Below, piece after piece: positions 25,662 through 32,000 of a DNA stretch of 32,000 nucleotides (its first letter is position 1; every line of letters starts with the position of its first letter). The stretch spans positions 3,630,001 to 3,662,000 of the forward strand of contig OY969938.1 of assembly GCA_963704755.1 (NCBI GenBank), given 5' to 3'. This DNA comes from an uncultured Chloroflexia bacterium (GTDB taxonomy: Bacteria > Chloroflexota > Anaerolineae > Anaerolineales > Anaerolineaceae). The notes below the pieces were generated by a model. It did no database searches. It saw nothing but the letters and a program-made list of their open reading frames with translations, and was not told the DNA's origin. The position numbers and the translations under genes are program-made.

Positions 25662-27235
25662 GTTTCAATCCCCTTGAACGGGGAGGGGGTATTCCGGGAT
25701 CACAAGGCTGTAGCAGATCACGCAAAGGCCAATATGTTTCAATCCCCTTGAACGGGGAGGGGGTATTTCGGGCTAAGGGATCGACAGCTTGTGCTGGTAA
25801 TTGAAAAAGTTTCAATCCCCTTGAACGGGGAGGGGGTATTCCGGGAAAGACCGCCTACGACAACCTGGTGGATAACGTCGCGTTTCAATCCCCTTGAACG
25901 GGGAGGGGGTATTCCGGGGGTGGGACTTCTGTAATGCAGGTCCGCAGTATGAGTTTCAATCCCCTTGAACGGGGTGGGGGTATTCCGGGTTGCTGGACAA
26001 GTTTCCCGAGGACGATCAGATCGCGTTTCAATCCCCTTGAACGGGGAGGGGGTATTCCGGGCGATCATATGGCCGTGAAGGGGCAGAGTTGAAGGCAGGT
26101 TTCAATCCCCTTGAACGGGGAGGGGGTATTCCGGGGAGCTTCAGTACATCAATCCGGATGCCACCTGGACGTTTCAATCCCCTTGAACGGGGAGGGGGTA
26201 TTCCGGGCGATCATATGGCCGTGAAGGGGCAGAGTTGAAGGCAGGTTTCAATCCCCTTGAACGGGGAGGGGGTATTCCGGGAATGTAAAGGACTGGTGGA
26301 AACCGGTCTGGGAACTGAAGTTTCAATCCCCTTGAACGGGGCGGGGTATTCCGGGTCCTCGGTCCAGGCCGCCAACTACATGAACGGGCAAGTTTCAATC
26401 CCCTTGAACGGGGCGGGGGTATTCCGGGAGCAGACCGTTTGTTCGAATCGATATCCGAAATAGAGTTTCAATCCCCTTGAACGGGGAGGGGGTATTCCGG
26501 GCCCCGAAACCGGGAGACCCCCCGGATCCCCGCAAGAGTTTCAATCCCCTTGAACGGGGCGGGGGTATTCCGGGATGGGAATTGACGCAAAAACGCTCTC
26601 AATCGCCGAACGGTTTCAATCCCCTTGAACGGGGAGGGGGTATTCCGGGATGCACCGCGGGCTGAAGCTGTGGACCGATGCGCACGTTTCAATCCCCTTG
26701 AACGGGGCGGGGGTATTCCGGGTAGGTGAGATTACCCAATACTATCCCTGGATAGATTTGGGTTTCAATCCCCTTGAACGGGGCGGGGGTATTCCGGGTT
26801 ATTATGAAACGTCGAGGATGGAAAAGCCAGATGAGTTTCAATCCCCTTGAACGGGGCGGGGTATTCCGGGTTCATAAAAGCCCTCCTCATAGGTGGCCAA
26901 TTTTCCTGTTTCAATCCCCTTGAACGGGGAGGGGGTATTCCGGGAATACGAGGCTATTGAAAAATTCCTCGAGCGTGTTGTTTCAATCCCCTTGAACGGG
27001 GCGGGGGTATTCCGGGTCAGGTGTTGTCGATGTGGCCAAACAGCCAGATGACGTTTCAATCCCCTTGAACGGGGAGGGGGTATTCCGGGTGTGGACGGTT
27101 ATTGCTTGCGTGAATGTTCTGAGTGTCGTTTCAATCCCCTTGAACGGGGCGGGGGTATTCCGGGAAGGATGAAGGCAATGGTTGACAAAGTGGAGTTAGT
27201 TTCAATCCCCTTGAACGGGGAGGGGGTATTCCGGG
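25662..27235 (-). CRISPR. CRISPR array, leader-proximal part (22 repeats, 21 complete spacers)
   Basis: The 37-nt repeat is GTTTCAATCCCCTTGAACGGGG[A/C]GGGGGTATTCCGGG. Repeats start at 25662, 25736, 25809, 25882, 25953, 26025, 26099, 26171, 26245, 26320, 26392, 26465, 26538, 26613, 26686, 26762, 26835, 26908, 26980, 27053, 27128 and 27199. Spacers are 34-39 nt. The reverse complement of the repeat ends in ATTGAAAC, so transcription is probably on the minus strand. Confidence 0.95.
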
Positions 27236-27400
27236 AGCGGCAAAATTTGGTCCCTCTAGCACACTCTTACTCAATTATACAACGTTTTCCTCGCTCGTGT
27301 AACAAGGCTGCGAGGGAAATGCATCCAAAAGGGGTAAACCGACCTATTTTTGAGCTTTTTTCGGTTCAGATGCAAAAATCTGCATCGCTTCGTGCCTGAA
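27236..27400 (-). promoter_or_regulatory. probable CRISPR leader
   Basis: A non-coding, relatively AT-rich stretch abuts the repeat at 27199-27235. This is the upstream side according to the ATTGAAAC repeat-orientation rule. I could not define a promoter. Confidence 0.35.
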
Positions 27401-27416
27401 ATCCACCGGATTACCA

Positions 27417-27447
27417 ACCGGCCGGGGCGACATGCGCCCCGGCCGGT
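27417..27447 (-). terminator. GC-rich hairpin downstream of the flavoprotein gene
   Basis: ACCGGCCGGGGCG (27417-27429) pairs with CGCCCCGGCCGGT (27435-27447), a 13-bp perfect stem. It lies about 60 nt after the stop at 27510. The U-tract is weak. Confidence 0.4.
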
Positions 27448-27509
27448 GAACTTCTGGCGGGCCAGCCGGTTCATCCCCTTTCCGGCTGCCGAAGGATGCG
27501 GCTATCGGG

Positions 27510-29270
27510 TTAGATGGTGCCCTGCGCGATAGCTTTGCCGGTCAGGTAACCGAAGGTCAGGCAGTTGCCGCCCAGGTTATTGCCCTGTACGTTGAAGTTG
27601 TAGCAATTCGCGTAGTAATCGCCAACCATGGTGCCGATGTTGAACAGACCCGGGATGGGGGTGTCGTTCTCGTCGCAGACCTGCATGTCGAGGTTGGTGC
27701 GCAGTCCGCCCAGAACGGAGAGGAACGTGGGCGAATCCGAGGGTGAGCCATAGAAGGGTCCCTGTTTGATCGGGATGAGCAGCTCTTTGCGTTTGTGGTA
27801 GTCGTCGTCCGCGCCGCTCTCGCAGAAGCTGTTGTAGCGGTCCACGGTCGCCTTGGTGGCATCGGCGGGCAGTCCCAGTGCGTCGATGATGCCTTCGATT
27901 GTGTCGGCTTTGAACATGGTCTTCTTGGTTACGGCGTCTTCCCAGCGTTGGATCATATCGGCCGGCGCAACCGGGTCATCCCCGACTTTCATGCCAAAGA
28001 GGAACCAGGGTGCGGCTGCTTCGGCGTAGTTGCTGTCCCAGATGGCATAGGCTTTCATTTCGGGCTGGCGCATCATGGCGATGCCGGCGAACGAACCATT
28101 GACGTCCTCGTTGCCATAGCGGTAACCGTTTTTGTTGACGATCAGGCCGCGGTGCGCGCCATAAGGTTGGGTAGAAGGCAGCCCAGCGCCGCCCGCACCG
28201 ATCAGGATCATTGGGGCAGCCGGGAAGGTCTTTTGCCAGGCGGCGCCGACCCACAGGCCCATGCGCTGGCCATCGCCTTTGTACAGGCCGCCGATCTTGA
28301 GGTCGGTATCGTAGCCCTGGTCGCCGTTGGTGCTCAAGGTCGGTACGGCCCACGAGCAGTACTTGGCCATCATGTCCGGGTTGGCCGAAAAATCACCGGT
28401 CGCCAGCACGATTGCCTTGGTGCCCACGTACTTGGTGTAGGTGCCATCCTCGCCCTTGGCGATCACAGCCGAGACCCGCCCGGTGTTATTGTCATCGCGC
28501 ACAAGCTGCTCGGCGACAGTTTTGTAGATAATCTGAACGCCCGCATCCTGGGCCGTCTTGGCCAGGGTATCCGCTGTGAACTGCGCGCCGCTGCCGGCCT
28601 CGGTCATATCGGCGCTGATGAAAGAGTGCGAGCCGGCGGGAACGTCCATGGGGCCGTCGTTGGGCTCGGAGTTGTGCGCTTCCAACACGCAGGTGTAACC
28701 GGCGGCTTCCATCTTGTCGATCAGCCAGTTCATTGCCTCTTCGCTGTTGTTGTAGAACTTCCACCATTTGTCCTGGTCGACGTTGTAGGAAGCCTCGGAC
28801 AGCTCGCGGCGGAAGAAGCGATCCACGTCGTAGCGGTCGATCCCGGCTTGCTCCATCACCTTGCTGTAGGCCGCATGCATCGAGCCACCGCGGTACACCG
28901 GGGCCGAGCTGGCCGAGATCAGAACGACCTTCGCGCCATTTTCTGCAGCAGAGTTTGCGCAAGTCAAGCCTGCGTGGCCGGATCCGACGATGATAATGTC
29001 AGCCGTGACGGTGTTGCCGATCTGGCTGTCCGGAATGGGATCCGGCGCAATTTCGAACGCCCATTTTTGCTCAGATGAAGCGGCAGTCAACCCGCCTTCG
29101 ACCGTGCTGCCGGTAGCCGTGGCATCGCCATTATCCCCGGTCTGGCTAACAGTCTTTGGCGCGCAGCTTGCCAGGATGCCGCTGCCCGCAACTACACCGG
29201 CGCCAACGGCGGCTTTCTTCAAAAAATCCCGGCGCGAAACGTTAAAATTGTCTTTCTCGGGCGTTTCCAT
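27510..29270 (-). CDS. Tat-exported lipoprotein FAD-dependent oxidoreductase (fumarate-reductase / 3-ketosteroid-dehydrogenase flavoprotein superfamily)
   Basis: Twin-arginine motif SRRDFLKKAAVGAG, then lipobox ILASCA. The dinucleotide-binding motif is IIIVGSGHAGLTCANSAAENGAKVVLI. A C-terminal GGLRTN-type motif is also present. The start is taken at the internal Met (METPEKDNF); the track ORF extends to 29303. Confidence 0.8.
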   Translation of the reverse strand: METPEKDNFNVSRRDFLKKAAVGAGVVAGSGILASCAPKTVSQTGDNGDATATGSTVEGGLTAASSEQKWAFEIAPDPIPDSQIGNTVTADIIIVGSGHAGLTCANSAAENGAKVVLISASSAPVYRGGSMHAAYSKVMEQAGIDRYDVDRFFRRELSEASYNVDQDKWWKFYNNSEEAMNWLIDKMEAAGYTCVLEAHNSEPNDGPMDVPAGSHSFISADMTEAGSGAQFTADTLAKTAQDAGVQIIYKTVAEQLVRDDNNTGRVSAVIAKGEDGTYTKYVGTKAIVLATGDFSANPDMMAKYCSWAVPTLSTNGDQGYDTDLKIGGLYKGDGQRMGLWVGAAWQKTFPAAPMILIGAGGAGLPSTQPYGAHRGLIVNKNGYRYGNEDVNGSFAGIAMMRQPEMKAYAIWDSNYAEAAAPWFLFGMKVGDDPVAPADMIQRWEDAVTKKTMFKADTIEGIIDALGLPADATKATVDRYNSFCESGADDDYHKRKELLIPIKQGPFYGSPSDSPTFLSVLGGLRTNLDMQVCDENDTPIPGLFNIGTMVGDYYANCYNFNVQGNNLGGNCLTFGYLTGKAIAQGTI

Positions 29271-29640
29271 CTTCCTTTTCTCCTTTATACGATATATTTG
29301 CAACGATCAAGGGCCGGGAGGGCGGCAGAAATTGGATTTCCCCTTACCCTCATCCCGGCCACGGACCCACTTATCCATACAAGACATCGCACGAATATAA
29401 AGAGCCCCGGCGTGGGGCTTCTTTGGCATCTACTTATGGCGATGGGCTCACAACGGTATCCAGTTTAATTCGCTTCTTTGTAACTGCTATCACCCGCCCA
29501 GGGTGAATGTCGGGTAGTTTTAGGGTGAGGCTGCTGTTTGGGGGTCTTCCTCGTCGAGTAGGGCGGCGGCAAAATTTCAAGGGAACAGGCTGATTTCGTA
29601 AGGCGCCAGCAGGGTGCTAAAACCAACAATCGCCAGGTTA

Positions 29641-29678
29641 AAAGCAAAATGCCCGCTCCGCGCCTTTTGCGCGGCGGG
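29641..29678 (-). terminator. intrinsic-terminator-like hairpin ending the fucA-like transcription unit
   Basis: On the minus strand, CCCGCCGCGC-AAAAG-GCGCGGAGCGGG is followed by CATTTTGCTTTT. Confidence 0.5.
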
Positions 29679-29862
29679 TTGTGCGAACAGGCCAACCCGG
29701 CGGGCGCTGGTTCATGCCTGCCGGGTTGGTAACCCTGGCTAATCAATCCCTATGTTTTTGCGCAGGTTTTGTAGAACCCCTTTCCCTGAAACCGCTTTCC
29801 GGTGTAGTTTCAGGGAAAGATGAGCGCATATCCCAGAATGGCGGGAGAACCCCTCTCCACCC

Positions 29863-30513
29863 TTATTTTTTGGGCTGCTGCCCATAGGAGCCGAATTTCT
29901 CGACGACCGTCTTCATTTCGGCATCCGATAAGATGACCGGTTCCCCCATGCTTTTTCCTATGCAGTAAATACGGGCTACCAATTCCAACTCTTCGGCCGT
30001 ATTGAACGCGGCGTTGATGTCTTTGCCGACCGTCACGATGCCATGGTTCGCCATCAGACAGGCGTTGTAGTTACCAATTGCTTCGACAATACTATCGGAC
30101 AGCGCCTGGGTGCCAAAGGTGGCGTACCTGGCCAGGGGAACCTTATTCCCGGAAAATCCCACCAGATAATGTACTGCCGGCAGTTCCATATTCATACACG
30201 CGATGGTGGTCGCATAAATTTGATGCGTATGCAGCACTGCGTTAGCATCGGAGCGTTTGGCCAGCAACGCCAGGTGAAAGCGAACCTCACTGGAAGGCAG
30301 CAGATCGCCATCCACAACTTTGCCATCCATGTCGACTACGACCACATCGGCGGGTTTCATTTCCAGGTAATCAACCCCGGTTGGTTTAATCGCCACCAGG
30401 TTTTCTTTGCGATTCATGATACTGAGGTTGCCCCCCGATCCAGTCGTCAGTTGTGAGGCAATCATTTTCTTGCCATATTTAACGATCAGTTCACGTTCTT
30501 CTGCAAGTAACAT
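29863..30513 (-). CDS. fucA: class II aldolase/adducin-family protein, L-fuculose-phosphate aldolase-like
   Basis: The 216 aa are collinear with my memory of E. coli FucA (GSGGNLS, LPSSEVRFHLAL...DANAVLHTH, ARYATFGTQALS, ANHGIVTVG, VLSDAEMKTVVEKF). Confidence 0.7.
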   Translation of the reverse strand: MLLAEERELIVKYGKKMIASQLTTGSGGNLSIMNRKENLVAIKPTGVDYLEMKPADVVVVDMDGKVVDGDLLPSSEVRFHLALLAKRSDANAVLHTHQIYATTIACMNMELPAVHYLVGFSGNKVPLARYATFGTQALSDSIVEAIGNYNACLMANHGIVTVGKDINAAFNTAEELELVARIYCIGKSMGEPVILSDAEMKTVVEKFGSYGQQPKK

Positions 30514-30549
30514 TTTTTATCCCTTTTCATTTATCAAAGCAGAATTAAA

Positions 30550-30846
30550 TCAGGCATTCAAAACAGGCGCTAGCTCCTGAGCTAACGCATCGACCAATTT
30601 CTTTTCGCCTTCATCGGGTTTTGCCTGAGCCGTCAGGCAGGAAATCGTAACAGACGTTTGCGCACCGGGACGGCAAGTCACACTGATTACCCTTGTCTTC
30701 CCGTCTATCTCTTTACTCACCTGAATCAACCAGGCAAAGTCTCGCTTGTGCATGACTTTAAAGCCGTGCGATAGCAGGTAATCTACAGAGCCCCGGTAAG
30801 AACTGGAGGCATCCTTTTTGGAGGATATGGTTACATCATAAGCCAT
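30550..30846 (-). CDS. hypothetical 98-aa protein
   Basis: The intact ORF is tightly packed between the PtsI-like and FucA-like genes (13-nt and 36-nt gaps) on the same strand. I recognise no motif. Confidence 0.5.
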   Translation of the reverse strand: MAYDVTISSKKDASSSYRGSVDYLLSHGFKVMHKRDFAWLIQVSKEIDGKTRVISVTCRPGAQTSVTISCLTAQAKPDEGEKKLVDALAQELAPVLNA

Positions 30847-30859
30847 TCATTAATTCCTT

Positions 30860-32000
30860 TTAGGTACCCTGGCCGGGCTGAACACTGCACAGGTATGCGC
30901 GGACAGCTTCTGCATCCTCTAATTCGAGTGCATGGGCGGCCACTTCCTGTGCTTTTTGGATGGACCACTTGCGGATCGCCTCTTTGACCTCAGGAATGGA
31001 CGCTTTACCCATGCTAAACTCGTCCAGGCCCATCCCGAGCAGCAGGGGTACCGCCAACGGGTTTCCGGCCAGTTCTCCACATAGCCCAATCCAGATCCCC
31101 GCCCGGTGCCCGGACTGGATGGTGTTTTTGATCAAGCGCAATACAGCCGGGTGAAAGGCATCCGCCAGGTTTTGCACAGATGCGTTCATACGATCCGCAG
31201 CTAAAGTGTATTGAGTCAGGTCGTTGGTCCCAATACTGAAAAAGTCAACGTGGCGGGCAAGGGTGTCGGCGGCCACAGCCGCGGAGGGAACTTCGATCAT
31301 GATCCCGATTTCTACTTTCGAACAGGGAATCTGGCGGGTTTCCATCTCTACCAAAACATCCGCCACTATTTTCTTCGCCTGAAGTATTTCGCCGACCGTT
31401 GAAACCATGGGGAACATGATTTTTAGATTGTGACCGGCCGAGGCTCTATAGATGGCCCTCAACTGGGTCTTGAAAATTTCAGGCATGGTCAGGCAAAGGC
31501 GCAATCCGCGTAACCCAAGAAACGGGTTGTCTTCGGGTTCCATGGGCAGATAGGGGAGGCGTTTATCCCCGCCGATATCCATGGTGCGAATAACCACCGG
31601 TTTCTCCCCAAACACATCACCGATGGCGGCATACTGCCGGTATTGCTCGTCCTCGTCCGCCGCTTCATTCCGGTCGATAAAAAGGAACTCGGTCCGCAGC
31701 AGCCCTACGCCTTCAGCGCCATTTTCGACCGCCGAGGCTGCCTCAACAGCCTGGCCGATATTGGCCACCACTTCCACCTGAGTTCCATCGAGAGTCCTGG
31801 CCGGTTCGAGTGCATGCTTAAGCGAGCGCTCATTTTTGGCCTGTAAAACGCGCTGTTTCTCTTCGTACTGCCGAACAGTGGTTTGGTCGGGATCGATGAG
31901 CATTAATCCCTCGCCGCCATCCAGAAGCGCAAAGCGTTCTTTGGCGCATAATTTCAAAACCTCGCTGCCTGCTCCGACAATGGCCGGTATCCCGAGGCAC
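30860..32000 (-). CDS. ptsI: phosphoenolpyruvate-protein phosphotransferase (PTS enzyme I-like), C-terminal PEP-utilising domain; 5' end outside the window
   Basis: Motifs GVGLLRTEFLF, IRTMDIGGDK, LGLRGLR, IMIEVP and FFSIGTNDLTQY. The frame stays open upstream of the track Met: 31958-32000 translates as VPRGIPAIVGAGSEV, the GIPA(V/I)VG motif. Confidence 0.75.
   Translation of the reverse strand, partial: CLGIPAIVGAGSEVLKLCAKERFALLDGGEGLMLIDPDQTTVRQYEEKQRVLQAKNERSLKHALEPARTLDGTQVEVVANIGQAVEAASAVENGAEGVGLLRTEFLFIDRNEAADEDEQYRQYAAIGDVFGEKPVVIRTMDIGGDKRLPYLPMEPEDNPFLGLRGLRLCLTMPEIFKTQLRAIYRASAGHNLKIMFPMVSTVGEILQAKKIVADVLVEMETRQIPCSKVEIGIMIEVPSAAVAADTLARHVDFFSIGTNDLTQYTLAADRMNASVQNLADAFHPAVLRLIKNTIQSGHRAGIWIGLCGELAGNPLAVPLLLGMGLDEFSMGKASIPEVKEAIRKWSIQKAQEVAAHALELEDAEAVRAYLCSVQPGQGT

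Noticed and set aside
24484-25677. 397-aa plus-strand ORF across the IS element
   Set aside because: It is antisense to the orfA/orfB transposase pair, which has canonical IS3 features. The translation has no motifs.
25627-27399. Series of 60-110-aa ORFs on both strands with recurring RNTPSPFKGIET or IPLNGAGVFR peptides
   Set aside because: They are translations of the CRISPR repeats; the periodic peptide is the repeat read in frame. They are not genes.
27795-29078. 427-aa plus-strand ORF opposite the flavoprotein gene
   Set aside because: It is an antisense shadow ORF with low-complexity composition. The minus-strand frame carries the Tat signal and the FAD-binding motifs.
29214-29345. Apparent 1-nt disagreement between my hand translation and the ORF track at 29220/29221, compensated near 29340/29341
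   Set aside because: Two independent track ORFs (27510..29303 minus and 28990..29400 plus) agree with each other, and flanking coordinates are consistent. I treat it as my own reading slip at line breaks, not as a frameshift. The start coordinates of the flavoprotein gene could be off by one.
29440-29800. Possible RNase P RNA, tmRNA, SRP RNA or cobalamin/FMN/TPP riboswitch in the long intergenic region
   Set aside because: There are only scattered short resemblances, such as CGGGTAG..GGCTGCTG and GGTAACCCTGG. The diagnostic cores are absent on both strands (GGAAAGUCCGG of RNase P, the tRNA-like end of tmRNA, the B12 box, CUGAGA of TPP). I kept the region as an unexplained structured region rather than a named RNA.

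Overview
This is a bacterial chromosomal window, mostly above 50% G+C by eye with one clearly AT-rich insert. All calls come from hand reading of the ORF track and the DNA; no searches were run. There are five blocks.

(1) 1-5.9 kb: a minus-strand carbohydrate/polyol catabolic operon. It encodes an unclassified polytopic membrane protein, a class II ketose-bisphosphate aldolase, a HAD phosphatase, glycerol dehydrogenase, two tandem DeoC-type aldolases and an FGGY kinase. Two of these genes carry single-nucleotide frameshifts.

(2) 6.4-8.2 kb: an MsbA-like ABC exporter.

(3) 8.3-23.1 kb: an alpha-glucan utilisation locus. It holds a P-loop protein, a secreted lipoprotein with beta-trefoil plus GH87-like beta-helix glycanase architecture, and a CUT1 sugar ABC importer (SBP and two permeases). 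It also holds a STAND/NB-ARC ATPase with an N-terminal HTH, a LacI repressor, two tandem GH65 phosphorylases and beta-phosphoglucomutase. A 14-bp palindrome, GTTGAACGTTCAAC, occurs three times, each in front of a plus-strand transcription unit of this locus.

(4) 23.1-27.5 kb: an accessory island. It has an AT-rich SAM methyltransferase gene and a 25-repeat CRISPR array (37-nt repeats) with no cas genes in the window. An IS3-family element with a 3-bp target duplication splits the array. The array also has an internal spacer duplication and two interleaved repeat alleles.

(5) 27.5-32 kb: a Tat-exported lipoprotein flavoenzyme, a 560-bp hairpin-rich non-coding stretch, a FucA-like class II aldolase, a 98-aa orphan and the C-terminal part of a PtsI-like enzyme.

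A family of GC-rich palindromic intergenic elements occurs four times. I found no clearly novel multi-gene system. The most unusual items are the repeat-less STAND/HTH protein wired into the sugar regulon, the cas-less IS-disrupted CRISPR island and the unexplained structured non-coding region at 29.3-29.9 kb.
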